A stretch of DNA of 64,000 bases from Trueperaceae bacterium (GCA_965215565.1 CBDCDZ010000004.1:2688001-2752000), one strand, 5' to 3'; shown: positions 1 to 10,286, counted from the first letter of the stretch. Numbers and translations: made by a program. The notes: generated from the sequence alone by a model not told the origin.

Positions 1-136
1 CTGTAACCACCTCGCGACGATTGTTCATAAAGACGTACTCCAGATGGTCCATCAAGCGGGATTAAGGGCGGGGATTGTCTCGAGTGGAACCATTAACGTT
101 GGCGACCCCATTCAAGTTTTAGTGGAATCTGAATGA
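1..136 (+). CDS. 3' end of MOSC-domain (YiiM-like) protein, partial at window edge
   Basis: Frame 2 reads CNHLATIVHKDVLQMVHQAGLRAGIVSSGTINVGDPIQV...*; C-x-HL and GLRA..G.I.VGD resemble the MOSC C-terminus. Confidence 0.65.
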   Translation, partial: CNHLATIVHKDVLQMVHQAGLRAGIVSSGTINVGDPIQVLVESE

Positions 137-162
137 AGGTAGTGCTAGTCAACAATGAACTA

Positions 163-310
163 TGTCATTCTGAGTGAAGCGAAGCGTAACGAAGAATCTC
201 TGCATTCGCCTTCTCCTCTAACGGAGATTGCAAATTACGCAGTTTTGGCGCAGCCAACCGAGACCCTTCGCCTGCGCCGGACTTCGTCTAACTGCGTGAA
301 CAGGGTGACA
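163..310. repeat. Palindromic GTCATTCTGAG...CAGGGTGAC-type intergenic repeat with internal insertions
   Basis: Left arm TGTCATTCTGAGTGAAGCGAAG..GAAGAATCTC; right arm GAGACCCTTCGCCTGCGC[~23 nt]CAGGGTGACA; arms are imperfect reverse complements. Confidence 0.6.
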
Positions 311-386
311 TTCACAAAGAATTTAAGCGATGGTTATTTTGTCAGAAGGATCAACTGGTAGTTAGTCTCTACCTGAGAGGAAAAGT

Positions 387-911
387 ATGAGCGTTATAGA
401 CATTGCAAAGGGCATGGGCGTCACGCTCGGGCATCTGTTCAAAAAGCCCGTGACCGTGCGCTATCCCGAAGAACCTGCCACGATACAGCCGCGCTTCCGC
501 GGACGGCATCACCTACTTAGGCATCCGAATGGGCTCGAGAAGTGCATCGGCTGCTCCTTATGCGCGGCAGCGTGCCCTGCCTACGCCATCTACGTCGAAG
601 CGGCGGAGAACGATCCCGACAACCCCACCTCACCGGGCGAGCGCTACGCGAGCATCTACGAGATCAACATGCTCCGCTGTATCTTCTGCGGTATGTGCGA
701 AGAGGCGTGTCCAACGGGCGCGGTGGTCTTGGGACACGAGTTCGAGTTGGCGGACTTCAAATACGACGACTTCACCTACGGCAAAGAGGACATGCTCGTC
801 GGCGTCAAGGGCTCGAAGTGGCAGCGGCGTGAGGCGGAGAAGAAAGGTGAAGAGGTCAGGCTCGGGTTTGAGGCGGGCTCGAGGCCGGAACTCGAGGGAG
901 TGGAGTACTGA
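387..911 (+). CDS. nuoI: NADH-quinone oxidoreductase subunit I
   Basis: Two CxxCxxCxxxCP ferredoxin motifs, RFRGRH; first of I-J-K-L-M-N. Confidence 0.97.
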   Translation: MSVIDIAKGMGVTLGHLFKKPVTVRYPEEPATIQPRFRGRHHLLRHPNGLEKCIGCSLCAAACPAYAIYVEAAENDPDNPTSPGERYASIYEINMLRCIFCGMCEEACPTGAVVLGHEFELADFKYDDFTYGKEDMLVGVKGSKWQRREAEKKGEEVRLGFEAGSRPELEGVEY

Positions 912-930
912 TGAAGAGGTTAAAGAGAAA

Positions 931-991
931 AGGACTGAGGACTGAGAGGAAAGATTTTAACCTCAGTCCTCAGTCCTCGTTACTCAGTCCT
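931..991. repeat. Inverted heptamer tandem repeat (AGGACTG)n / (CAGTCCT)n
   Basis: AGGACTGAGGACTGAG...CTCAGTCCTCAGTCCT..CTCAGTCCT between nuoI and nuoJ. Confidence 0.8.
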
Positions 992-1008
992 TCAATCCTG
1001 GTGGCTCT

Positions 1009-1563
1009 ATGATTACCTTCTATCTCCTCGCAGCAATAATGATCATCGGCGCGTTGGGCGTCATCACCCTGCGGCAACCCGTCCACGCGGCACTCTCGCT
1101 CGTCGGGACGCTGCTAACGCTCGCCGTAACATATGTAAGCTTGCAAGCGCATTTCTTAGCAGCCATTCAGGTCATCGTTTACGCGGGTGCGATCATGGTG
1201 CTCTTCTTGTTCGTCATCATGCTGCTGAACGTGCAAGGGGAAGACCGCGCGACTGACCTCAGATGGATGAAACCAGCGGCGTACCTCGTCGGGATAGGCG
1301 CGGCGGGCGCACTCATCGTGACCATCTTCGCGAATCCTCTACCCCTTCCGAGCGCCGAACAAATTAGCACCGTTCTTAACGGCGGCGGCGCAGCAGAGGT
1401 CGGCGACGCGCTCTTCAGCCAGTTCGTCTTAGCCTTTCAGCTCGTCGGCGTCCTCCTTTTAACGGGCATTATCGGCGCGGTGAGCTTGGTTGAGCGCAAG
1501 GCGCGGCAGGTTGAGGATGCGCAGGCGGAGCGAGAAGAGACGAGGGAGTTGACAAATGCATAA
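1009..1563 (+). CDS. nuoJ: NADH-quinone oxidoreductase subunit J
   Basis: QVIVYAGAIMVLFLFVIMLLN motif; operon position. Confidence 0.96.
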   Translation: MITFYLLAAIMIIGALGVITLRQPVHAALSLVGTLLTLAVTYVSLQAHFLAAIQVIVYAGAIMVLFLFVIMLLNVQGEDRATDLRWMKPAAYLVGIGAAGALIVTIFANPLPLPSAEQISTVLNGGGAAEVGDALFSQFVLAFQLVGVLLLTGIIGAVSLVERKARQVEDAQAEREETRELTNA

Positions 1564-1567
1564 AGAT

Positions 1568-1658
1568 AGCAATGAGCAACGAGCAATGAGCAATGAGTTT
1601 TTGGTTTTCACTCATTGCTCGTTACGGGCGTGCCCTGCCGTTTCACTGCTCATTGCTT
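1568..1658. repeat. Inverted heptamer tandem repeat (GCAATGA)n / (TCATTGC)n carrying a 22-nt insert at 1621-1642
   Basis: AGCAATGAGCAACGAGCAATGAGCAATGAG...CTCATTGC TC[GTTACGGGCGTGCCCTGCCGTT]TC ACTGCTCATTGC. Confidence 0.85.
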
Positions 1659-1686
1659 TCAACTTCTACTCTCAAAGGAAATGCTG

Positions 1687-2007
1687 ATGGTCCCTACTGA
1701 GTATTACGTGGCTTTAAGTGCTGTTATTTTTTCGATTGGCGCGGTGGGCGTGTTGACGCGCCGCAGCGCAATTATGATTTTCTTATCCGTTGAACTCATG
1801 CTCAACGCGGCGAACTTGGCGTTGGTGGCGTTTGCAAGAGGTTGGGCGGGCGCGGGCGCTGAGATTGCTATGTCGGGGCAGGCGGCGGTCTTTATTATTC
1901 TGGCGATTGCGGCGGCGGAGGTTGCGGTGGGTTTAGGCATCCTCGTCGCGATTTTCCGCTACCGCCGCTCGTCGGACGTGGACACGCTCCATGAGGTAAG
2001 GCTATGA
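1687..2007 (+). CDS. nuoK: NADH-quinone oxidoreductase subunit K
   Basis: ELMLNAANL and AAAEVAVGL motifs; start moved to ATG 1687 after AAGGA. Confidence 0.96.
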   Translation: MVPTEYYVALSAVIFSIGAVGVLTRRSAIMIFLSVELMLNAANLALVAFARGWAGAGAEIAMSGQAAVFIILAIAAAEVAVGLGILVAIFRYRRSSDVDTLHEVRL

Positions 2008-3989
2008 CACCAGAAGCTCTTGCGAACGCGGAGGTTCTCACCCTCGACGTGATCTCACTCGCCGCCGCCGCGCCGCTCTTCCCGCTTATAGGCGCGATTA
2101 TCTGTGGTTTCTTCGGACGGAGTTTGAACGAGCCTAAGCCGGGGATATTCGCTTCGATTATGGTCGGCATCAGCTTCATTCTCTCGACAATCGCGTTCAT
2201 TGGACTCCTGGGACGCGAGGAGCCGAGCGTCTCGGTGGTGCTCTGGGATTACCTCTCGGCGGGGAGTTTTGACCTCGATATCGGCTTTGTCATTGACTCG
2301 CTGAGCGTCACGCTGATGATGATTATCACGGGCGTCGGCTTCCTGATTCACATTTACTCGGCGGGTTACATGCACGGTGACGACGGCTACAGCCGCTACT
2401 TCGCTGGGCTCAACCTCTTCGTCGCGGCGATGCTGGTACTCGTCATGGCGGATTCGTTTTTGCTGATGTTCGTCGGTTGGGAAGGCGTCGGGGTCTGCTC
2501 ATACCTCCTTATCGGCTTTTGGTACGGAGACCGGCTCAACGCGGACGCGGCGCGAAAGGCATTTATCGTCAACCGCATCGGGGACGTGGGCTTTTTGCTA
2601 GCGATGTTTTTGACGGTTGCTATCTTCGGCACGCTGAATATTGCGGCGGTCAATGAGGCAGTGTCTGGTGTCGGCGGTGGGCTCCTCGCGGGTTCCGCCC
2701 TTATCACGGTGCTCGGCGTCCTCTACCTCATCGCGGCGTGCGGCAAGTCGGCGCAGCTCCCCTTGCAGGTGTGGCTCCCCGACGCGATGGCGGGACCGAC
2801 GCCCGTCTCGGCGCTCATCCACGCGGCGACGATGGTCACGGCGGGCGTGTATCTTATCGCTAGGGCGGCACCTCTTTTTGCAGCCACACCCATCGCGTCA
2901 GCGGCGGTGGCGTGGGTCGGGGCGATTACGGCGTTCGTGGCGGCGTTTGCGGCGCTTTCGCAAACGGACATCAAGAAGATTCTCGCGTACTCCACGGTGT
3001 CACAGCTTGGCTATATGTTTGTGGCGGTTGGCGTCGGCGCGTATTGGGTCGGCATCTTCCACGTCGTCACGCACGCTTTCTTTAAGGCGCTGCTCTTTCT
3101 CGGGGCGGGCTCGGTGATTCATTCGCTCGGCGGCGAGCAGGATATTCGCAAGATGGGCGGTTTGGGCAAGCACATGAAGGTAACGGGGACAACCTCTTTG
3201 ATTGCGACGTTAGCGATTGCGGGCGTGCCGCTCTTGGCAGGCTTCTTCAGTAAAGACGCGATTCTGGCGCACACCTATAACACGCAGCTCTTAGAGGGCT
3301 ACGGCAGCCTCACCCTCTACAGCATCTTGCTCACCACGGCGGGGATGACGGCGTTCTACATGTTCCGCTGGTACTACCGCGTGTTTGCAGGTGAAGAGAG
3401 GTTGACGAGTGAGGCGAAAGAGCATCTGCACGAGTCGCCCCGCACGATGACCACGCCTCTTGTTATCCTAGCGGTTTTTAGCATCGGCATTGGCTACATC
3501 GGTCTGCCTGAGTTCGCCTTTCCCAATTGGATTGCGCCGTGGCTCGAGCACAGCACCGGACACCCCGTCTCCTTCAACCATCCGCCTGTCACGATTGAAT
3601 GGATTCTCATCGGGCTTTCAGTGGCAGCGGCGACGGTTGGTCTTCTCGTTGGCTACTTTATGTATGGTGTCGGCAGTGGCGTGTCGGAGGAGCGCTCGAG
3701 CACAGGTTTCGCTGGCGCACTCCACCGCTTCTCGCAGAACGGTGCAGGCTTCGACGCACTTTACAAAGCCATCTTTGTCCGCACGGGTGAGGGGGCAGCG
3801 AGAGGTCTTTCTATTGGCGATCAAGAGGTCGTAGATAAGGGGCTGAATGGCACTTACATCGGAGTGGGGATTCTGGCTCGAGCTGTTGGGCTCCTCCAAT
3901 CGGGCTACGTGCGAGCTTATGCGCTCCTCATGCTCTTAGGACTGGCGGCGCTCGTCCTACTCGTCGCCTTCGGTGGAGTGGTCCTATGA
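2004..3989 (+). CDS. nuoL: NADH-quinone oxidoreductase subunit L
   Basis: GKSAQLPLQVWLPDAMAGPTPVSALIHAATMV; HAFFKALLFL. Confidence 0.98.
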   Translation: MTPEALANAEVLTLDVISLAAAAPLFPLIGAIICGFFGRSLNEPKPGIFASIMVGISFILSTIAFIGLLGREEPSVSVVLWDYLSAGSFDLDIGFVIDSLSVTLMMIITGVGFLIHIYSAGYMHGDDGYSRYFAGLNLFVAAMLVLVMADSFLLMFVGWEGVGVCSYLLIGFWYGDRLNADAARKAFIVNRIGDVGFLLAMFLTVAIFGTLNIAAVNEAVSGVGGGLLAGSALITVLGVLYLIAACGKSAQLPLQVWLPDAMAGPTPVSALIHAATMVTAGVYLIARAAPLFAATPIASAAVAWVGAITAFVAAFAALSQTDIKKILAYSTVSQLGYMFVAVGVGAYWVGIFHVVTHAFFKALLFLGAGSVIHSLGGEQDIRKMGGLGKHMKVTGTTSLIATLAIAGVPLLAGFFSKDAILAHTYNTQLLEGYGSLTLYSILLTTAGMTAFYMFRWYYRVFAGEERLTSEAKEHLHESPRTMTTPLVILAVFSIGIGYIGLPEFAFPNWIAPWLEHSTGHPVSFNHPPVTIEWILIGLSVAAATVGLLVGYFMYGVGSGVSEERSSTGFAGALHRFSQNGAGFDALYKAIFVRTGEGAARGLSIGDQEVVDKGLNGTYIGVGILARAVGLLQSGYVRAYALLMLLGLAALVLLVAFGGVVL

Positions 3990-5479
3990 TTCTGACCTTA
4001 CTAGCGCTCTTCTTACCTTTTCTGACAGGTCTGCTCGCCCTGGTTATTTCAGGACGCGGACGACAAATTACCGTTTTGCTTGGCAGCTTGGCAACCTTCG
4101 CGGTGGCGATGCTTCTGCCTAGCGCCTCCGGCATCGAGGTTCCCTGGTTCGAGAGTTTGGGCATTTACTTCTCGGTGAGTCCGGCAGGTGCAGGCAGCGT
4201 GCTTGTGCTCGTCGCCTCGCTCGTCATGATTCCAACTGCATATTACGCAGCCACAAAAGTCGAGGAGCGCACGGGCGCATTTGTCGCGCTGCTCCTCGCC
4301 ATGCAGACCGGGCTCAACGGCATTTTCATGGCGCAGGACTTGGTGCTCTACTACATCTTCTGGGAAGCGACGCTGATTCCTAGTGTGCTGATGCTGGGGG
4401 GATGGGGCTTGGAGCGCCGTCAACAAGCCGCCCTCAAATACCTGACCTACGCCGTCGCTGGCTCATTTCTCATGCTCGTTGCTATCCTCGCTTTACGCCC
4501 CATTTCGGGCGCAGCGAGCTTCCGCATGGTGGACCTCTTAGCGGTCACGCCGCAGCTTCCGTTTTTCACACAGCTTTGGCTCTTTATCGGCTTTGCTTTA
4601 GCGTTCGCTGTAAAGCACCCGCTCTGGCCGCTGCACGCTTGGCTGCCACACTTCCACGAGCAGAACCACCCCTCGGGGGCGGCGGATGTCGCTGGGACGC
4701 TCTACAAGGTCGGCGGTTGGGGTTTCTTCGCCTTTGCGCTACCTCTTTTCCCGGACGCGGCGGCGGCGGCTTCGCCGATTCTTGTGGCGGTGGCGGCCTT
4801 TACCGCACTCTACGCGGCGATGATTGCCACCGCTCAAACCAATCTCAAGCGACTTCTCGCTTACGCTTCACTCTCACACATGGGCATCGTCGGGGTGGGG
4901 ATTTTCGGTCTGAATATCGCAGGGCTCAACGGTGCGATTTACCTTCTCGCCGCGCAAATGGTCTCGACGGGCGGACTTTTCCTCCTCAGCGGGATGCTCT
5001 ACGAACGGCGCGGCTCGTTCGAGTTAGATGATTACGGCGGTCTTGCGAAAGGTGCGCCCGCATTGGCAGCCATCACCCTCTTCGTGATGTTCGCGAGCAT
5101 CGGCGTGCCGGGGCTCGGCAACTTCCCCGGTGAATTCATGGCGCTCATGGGCGCGTTTCAAACCGCGCCTTACATCGCGGGCTTCGCAACGCTCGCGGTG
5201 ATTGCGGCGGGCGTATATGGGGTGAACATGTATCAGCGGCTTTATCAGGGTGAGCAAAAAGGTGAAGTGTGGGATATGGGGCGGCTCGAGCTGCTCATCC
5301 TCGCCCCCCTCTTAGCAGGCATTGTCTGGCTCGGGGTGACACCGCAGCCACAGTTAGAGAGGATTGAGCGGCAGTCACGGATTGTTCTGACGCAGTTGGA
5401 GGCGCAGCAGCGGGTGAACGCTGAAGGGGAGAGGCTCGAGCTTGTCCTCCAAGAAGACGTACAAAGAGGTCAAGACTAA
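3986..5479 (+). CDS. nuoM: NADH-quinone oxidoreductase subunit M
   Basis: FWE, PLHAWLP, KRLLAYASLSHMG, PGLGNFPGEF. Confidence 0.96.
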   Translation: MILTLLALFLPFLTGLLALVISGRGRQITVLLGSLATFAVAMLLPSASGIEVPWFESLGIYFSVSPAGAGSVLVLVASLVMIPTAYYAATKVEERTGAFVALLLAMQTGLNGIFMAQDLVLYYIFWEATLIPSVLMLGGWGLERRQQAALKYLTYAVAGSFLMLVAILALRPISGAASFRMVDLLAVTPQLPFFTQLWLFIGFALAFAVKHPLWPLHAWLPHFHEQNHPSGAADVAGTLYKVGGWGFFAFALPLFPDAAAAASPILVAVAAFTALYAAMIATAQTNLKRLLAYASLSHMGIVGVGIFGLNIAGLNGAIYLLAAQMVSTGGLFLLSGMLYERRGSFELDDYGGLAKGAPALAAITLFVMFASIGVPGLGNFPGEFMALMGAFQTAPYIAGFATLAVIAAGVYGVNMYQRLYQGEQKGEVWDMGRLELLILAPLLAGIVWLGVTPQPQLERIERQSRIVLTQLEAQQRVNAEGERLELVLQEDVQRGQD

Positions 5480-6930
5480 TGCTAGACGTCAACCTGCTCA
5501 ACTTCACACCGCCCATCGCGCTTCTTGTCACCGCTTCTATCAGCGTACTGTTCGCTTTAACTCAGAAGAGCAGCAAGCCGACAGCAATTTTAAGCCTTGT
5601 CGGGTTGGCGGTGGCAGCGGGTTTCAACGCGCAGCTTTTCATCCGGAGTGGCACAGACCAACTTGGCTCGTTCGGCTTTCGCTACTTGGCAGACCGCCCC
5701 GCACTGGCGCTCAACTTCGTCATCATCCTCGGTACAGCGCTCGCCATTCTTATCTCCTACGACTACCTCAAGCGCACCGAACTCGGGCACCCCGAATACT
5801 ATCCGCTGATTTTGCTGAGCGCGACAGGTGCGATGATTATGGTGGCGGCGGGTGACTTGATTGTGCTCGTGCTGGGATTAGAAATCATGTCGCTCGCGGT
5901 CTACGTCCTCTCGGCGTGGCGGCAAAATGCACGCGAATCCGAAGAGGCGGGGATGAAATACTTTCTCTTGGGTGCGTTCGCGTCGGCGTTTCTGATCTAC
6001 GGCATTGCACTGATGTACGGCGCGACGGGGCAGTTTACTTACTTCGGCATCGCGGAAGCGCTGACAGCAGAAGGCTTTAGTCAAGGACTTCTTGCCACGC
6101 TCGGCGGTGTGTTTATTTTAGGTGGCTTAGGGTTCAAAGCGGCTTTAGCGCCCTTCCACCAGTGGTCGCCTGACGCCTATACGGGCGCACCTACCTCTGT
6201 CACGGCTTTTATGAGCATCGTCGTGAAAACGGCGGCGTTCGCGGCGTTAGTCCGAGTCTTTACGCTTATCTACCCAGACTTGGGCGTTATTGTGACGCAG
6301 AGCTTCGTGGTGCTCGTGGCGCTTACGCTCATCGTGGGCAACTTGGCGGCGCTCTTACAGCGGAGCGTCAAGAGGTTGTTGGCGTACTCCGCAGTCGCTC
6401 ACGCGGGCTACTTAGGACTCGGTGTTCTGGCTGCGAATGAGGTCGGAACGCAAGCGCTCATCTGGTACTTGACCGCCTACACCTTGATGAACGCGGGCGC
6501 GTTCGCTGTCCTCACGATGATTAGCGATAAGAATGACCACGGCGACGACTTAGAGCGCTTCGCAGGTCTGGGACAAAAACGCCCCTGGCTCGCCGCGATG
6601 ATGACGCTCTTTCTGCTCAGTTTGGCAGGGATTCCGCCCTTTGCGGGTTTTATGGGTAAGATTCTGGTGTTTCAAGCGGCGATTCAAGCGGAGTACATCT
6701 CGCTCGCTGTGATTGGGATCCTCACGAGTATCGTCGCGGTGGTCTACTACTTCCGCGTGATTGCGTACATGTATTTCCGCGAAGTGGAGTACGAACCGCT
6801 CGATATTCAGAGTCGTGCGACGAACATTGCGATTGGTGTGGCGGCATTTGGAACGGTGGCGTTAGGACTTCTACCGGGCTGGTGGTACGGGCTTCTCAGT
6901 GCGGGAAGACAGCTTATTGCAGGTTTGTAG
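5479..6930 (+). CDS. nuoN: NADH-quinone oxidoreductase subunit N
   Basis: EAGMKYFLLG, PFHQWSPDAYTGAP, SLAGIPPFAGFMGK. Confidence 0.97.
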   Translation: MLDVNLLNFTPPIALLVTASISVLFALTQKSSKPTAILSLVGLAVAAGFNAQLFIRSGTDQLGSFGFRYLADRPALALNFVIILGTALAILISYDYLKRTELGHPEYYPLILLSATGAMIMVAAGDLIVLVLGLEIMSLAVYVLSAWRQNARESEEAGMKYFLLGAFASAFLIYGIALMYGATGQFTYFGIAEALTAEGFSQGLLATLGGVFILGGLGFKAALAPFHQWSPDAYTGAPTSVTAFMSIVVKTAAFAALVRVFTLIYPDLGVIVTQSFVVLVALTLIVGNLAALLQRSVKRLLAYSAVAHAGYLGLGVLAANEVGTQALIWYLTAYTLMNAGAFAVLTMISDKNDHGDDLERFAGLGQKRPWLAAMMTLFLLSLAGIPPFAGFMGKILVFQAAIQAEYISLAVIGILTSIVAVVYYFRVIAYMYFREVEYEPLDIQSRATNIAIGVAAFGTVALGLLPGWWYGLLSAGRQLIAGL

Positions 6931-6945
6931 ACACTCCTTTAAGCT

Positions 6946-6979
6946 GATCTCTTCTCGTAAAAGGGAAGAGGTCTTTTTT
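6946..6979 (+). terminator. Intrinsic terminator after nuoN
   Basis: GATCTCTTCTC-GTAAAA-GGGAAGAGGTC followed by TTTTTT. Confidence 0.7.
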
Positions 6980-6989
6980 ATTCTCCTGA

Positions 6990-7382
6990 CTAACGCGCGT
7001 AGTTCCGCACCATCATCCCCCTCGAGCCCACCATCCCCAACCGCTCATAAAAGGGCTGAAGCGCCTCGTCGCACAAGAGGTCAACCATGTAAAGGTGGCT
7101 GAGTTTGCCCAACATTCGGCGCATAAGAGTCGTGCCTATCCCTCGTCCCTGATATTCGGGTAGAACTTCCAGAAGCGGAACGTAAGCTGAAAGAATCCCG
7201 TCTGAAATGGCGGTGACGAAGCCGACGACGCTATTAACCTCTTCATCAAATGCGAGGACGACGTAGTTGCTCCTATGTAGAAGCTCGAGCAACACCTCTA
7301 CGGAAGGTGGCTCAGGCCAACCGACAAAAAAGCCCGTAAGCTGTTTTGCTGAGATGTTTTGAGGAGACTCGAGGTAAACCAT
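6990..7382 (-). CDS. GNAT family N-acetyltransferase
   Basis: LEVLPEYQGRGIG acetyl-CoA motif, FYERLG; TACACT -10 box 7 nt before ATG. Confidence 0.9.
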   Translation of the reverse strand: MVYLESPQNISAKQLTGFFVGWPEPPSVEVLLELLHRSNYVVLAFDEEVNSVVGFVTAISDGILSAYVPLLEVLPEYQGRGIGTTLMRRMLGKLSHLYMVDLLCDEALQPFYERLGMVGSRGMMVRNYAR

Positions 7383-7471
7383 ACCCTAAAGTGTAACGAT
7401 TTCCACTCACCTCTTTAAGACACGAAAATTCACCCCGCAAGGACGCTGTGGGTCACTACAATACAAGCTAT

Positions 7472-8524
7472 ATGGACCTCCAGTTTATGAAAATCCTGAT
7501 TGTCGATGACGAAGAAGTCAACGTTTTACTTCTCAAAGGCATCTTGCAGCGGGCGGGCTTCACGCAGTTCACGGCGCTGCGCAACTCGGGCAAAATCACC
7601 GAGCACTTCCTCTCGTGTCAGCCTGATTTGATCCTCTTAGACCTTCACATGCCGCAAAAAGACGGCTTTGAAATCTTAGCGGAACTCGCACCGTACCTCG
7701 AAGCGCCCAACTACCTCCCCGTGCTGATGCTCACCGCTGATGACCGCCTGGAGAATCGGCAGCGGGCGCTGAGCGAAGGGGCGCGGGACTTTCTTCCTAA
7801 ACCCTTTGATAGCAGTGAGGTGGTTCTGCGCGTGCGCAACCTCTTGGAAGCGCGTTACTTTCATAAGCAGTTGCAGCAGCAGAATGAGCGCTTAGAGAAG
7901 CAGGTCACGGAGCGGACGCAGCAGCTTGAAGGTGCACAAATCGAGATGCTCGTACGCCTCGCCAAAGCCGCCGAATACCGCGATGAGGAGACGGGCGAGC
8001 ACACCTGGCGTGTAGCGCACACCTGCTCGCTGTTGGCGCGGGAGTTAGGGTTAGGGACCGAACGCGCCGACATGCTCCTCCGCGCTGCTAGACTTCATGA
8101 CGTCGGTAAAATTGCCATCCCTGACGGTATTTTGCTCAAACCGACTAGGCTCACGCCGGAAGAATTCGGCGTCGTGAAGACGCACACGACCGTAGGCGCA
8201 AAGCTCCTCTCGGGCGGACAGTCACCCCTGATGAAACTCGCCGAACTCATCGCCTTAAATCATCACGAACGCTTTGACGGCTCGGGCTACCCGCAGGGCT
8301 TACAAGGTCAGAAAATCCCTATTGAGGGGCGCATCATGGCGGTTGCGGATACCTTCGACGCGCTGACGCATGACCGCATCCACCGCAAGGCGTGGAGCGT
8401 ACCGGACGCTGTTGTGGAGATCGAATCGCAACGCGGTAAGCAGTTCGACCCCGCCGTGGTGGACGCTTTTATGAACCTCTTAGAGCGCGGTGAAATCGTG
8501 ACGACGATGCAGGACGCGGCGTAA
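7472..8524 (+). CDS. Response regulator with HD-GYP phosphodiesterase domain (RpfG-like)
   Basis: REC (IVDDE, LLDLHMP, FLPKP) plus LHDVGK and HHERFDGSGYP. Confidence 0.93.
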   Translation: MDLQFMKILIVDDEEVNVLLLKGILQRAGFTQFTALRNSGKITEHFLSCQPDLILLDLHMPQKDGFEILAELAPYLEAPNYLPVLMLTADDRLENRQRALSEGARDFLPKPFDSSEVVLRVRNLLEARYFHKQLQQQNERLEKQVTERTQQLEGAQIEMLVRLAKAAEYRDEETGEHTWRVAHTCSLLARELGLGTERADMLLRAARLHDVGKIAIPDGILLKPTRLTPEEFGVVKTHTTVGAKLLSGGQSPLMKLAELIALNHHERFDGSGYPQGLQGQKIPIEGRIMAVADTFDALTHDRIHRKAWSVPDAVVEIESQRGKQFDPAVVDAFMNLLERGEIVTTMQDAA

Positions 8525-8657
8525 AGCAGGTTCCTTCGGAAGCTTCGCGCACTCAGGCGAAGCCTAGCGGAACTTCATCTGGTCACGAACGTGCTCACTT
8601 GAGAAAGCATCAATAAACTCGCACGTTTAGAGATGATGCCTGCGTGACACAATCTCA
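8525..8657 (-). mobile_element. 111-bp MITE-family copy with two micro-inserts
   Basis: AGCAGGT[20 nt]CTCA[22 nt]TCTGGTC...GATGATGCCTGCGTGA. Confidence 0.75.
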
Positions 8658-8993
8658 ATCTGACCTCTCAGTCGGCAACTCCGCCCCTTTCCACGCGAGG
8701 ATACCGCCCTCGACGTTAACGGCTTTGTAGCCGTTCTGGTTGAGAAACTGGACTGCTTGAGCGCTCCGCGCTCCACTGCGGCAGTGCACGACGACCTCTT
8801 CACTTTTATCAGCGGGGAGGTCGTCTTCGTAGCGTCGTGTGAATTCGGATAAGGGTACGAGCTTCGCGCCGGGGATGCGCTCCTCGTCGTACTCGTTTTG
8901 CTCGCGCACGTCGATAAAAAACGCGCCTTCGTCCACGCGGCGCTTGGCTTCTAAAACGTCGATTTCTGGCACTTGGTTCTGTTGGTTATCCAT
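8655..8993 (-). CDS. Rhodanese-like sulfurtransferase
   Basis: IDVRE, HCRSGARS, GGILAW; TATAGT 6 nt before ATG 8993. Confidence 0.92.
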   Translation of the reverse strand: MDNQQNQVPEIDVLEAKRRVDEGAFFIDVREQNEYDEERIPGAKLVPLSEFTRRYEDDLPADKSEEVVVHCRSGARSAQAVQFLNQNGYKAVNVEGGILAWKGAELPTERSD

Positions 8994-9090
8994 TTCGCTA
9001 CTATAGCGCTGGATAGATTTCTGGTGAGTTAGCCCCAGACCAAAAAAGCACCTCAGCGTGAATCTATTTGCAACCTCTCCCCGCTTTATG

Positions 9091-9201
9091 TAGCACTTCC
9101 AAAATATACTGAGACAGATGAGCGCAGATATCATCTCAGAATGTGCGTGCTAAATGGTGTTCTTTGCAGTAAGAGTGTTTCAAACCAGATGATACCTGCT
9201 A
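9091..9201 (+). mobile_element. 111-bp MITE-family copy (full length)
   Basis: TAGCACTTCC...GCAGATATCATC...CAAACCAGATGATACCTGCTA. Confidence 0.85.
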
Positions 9202-9250
9202 ATGAAAGCCTGAGACCAAACCTCACGTACGACTTCTTTAGACTGAAGAG

Positions 9251-9757
9251 GTGAACGATTCTACAGACCCCTATATCGAACGCCTTTTCAGCACGCTCGG
9301 AGACCGCGAACCGCTCACCGTTTTGGAGAGAACGCCCCGGCGCATCGAAGAACTCTACGAAGCCTTTGGCGAAGACGACTTAGAGCGCTCGTACGCGCCC
9401 GACAAGTGGAACGCGAAAGAGATTATCGCGCACCTAGCCGATGTGGAACTCGGGCTAGGCTTTCGCTTTCGGCAAGCTGTCGCAGAGGAGAACTATACGC
9501 CGCAGTCCTTTGACCAAGATAAGTGGGCGACGCGGTACGGGAAGCTCGAGCCCTCCCTAGCCGTCGAGACCTTCCGCGCCCTCCGCGCTTGGAACTTGGC
9601 ACTCTTCACTACCTTTGAGCTAATCGACTGGAACAAGCAAGTGAACTATCCCTTTGCGGGTGTAGATACCGTAGACGCGATGGTTCACCTTTTAGCAGGG
9701 CATGATCTCAATCACTTAGAGCAGCTAGAGACTATCACGCGGCTTTCGAAAAATTAG
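9251..9757 (+). CDS. DinB family protein
   Basis: KWNAKEIIAHLAD...GHDLNHLEQL; TAGACT 6 nt before GTG. Confidence 0.88.
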   Translation: MNDSTDPYIERLFSTLGDREPLTVLERTPRRIEELYEAFGEDDLERSYAPDKWNAKEIIAHLADVELGLGFRFRQAVAEENYTPQSFDQDKWATRYGKLEPSLAVETFRALRAWNLALFTTFELIDWNKQVNYPFAGVDTVDAMVHLLAGHDLNHLEQLETITRLSKN

Positions 9758-9854
9758 CTTGGGGAGAGGTTCGTAAATTTGACTACATACCTCCCCACCC
9801 CTTTCACTCTAAAATCTATAGTGGGTAGTAGACCATTTAAGAAAGAGGTAAAAA

Positions 9855-10286
9855 GTGGCAAGTATCGCGGTTTCAGGTTGGGGTTTAACGGTTTTGCGCG
9901 TTGTCGTGGGTATCGTCTTTTTAGCGCACGGGATTGACAAGTTTTTCATCACAGGTGTCGGTAACATCGCGGGCTTTTTCGGACAAATCGGCATTCCGCT
10001 CGCTGGGCTCTCCGCTTTTCTAGTCGCGGCTATTGAACTCGTCGGCGGCGCGGCGCTCATTGCGGGCTTTTTCACGCGCATCTTCGCGGTGCTCTTAGGC
10101 ATCATCACGCTCGTCGCGATGTTCCTCGTTCACGTGAGCAACGGCTTTTTCGCCTCGAGCGGTGGCATCGAACTCACCCTTATCTTAACGGCGGCGTGCG
10201 CCGCCCTGTTCCTCTCCGGCGCAGGCGAAGCGGCGGTGCAGCGTGACTCCGTGCCGACGCAAGACAGGGCGTCTGCAAGCGACTAA
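9855..10286 (+). CDS. DoxX family membrane protein
   Basis: LRVVVGIVFLAHGIDK, ELVGG, GGIE, GAG. Confidence 0.9.
   Translation: MASIAVSGWGLTVLRVVVGIVFLAHGIDKFFITGVGNIAGFFGQIGIPLAGLSAFLVAAIELVGGAALIAGFFTRIFAVLLGIITLVAMFLVHVSNGFFASSGGIELTLILTAACAALFLSGAGEAAVQRDSVPTQDRASASD

Noticed and set aside
155..361. 68-aa ORF before nuoI
   Set aside because: It is a translation of the palindromic repeat (VILSEAKRNEES).
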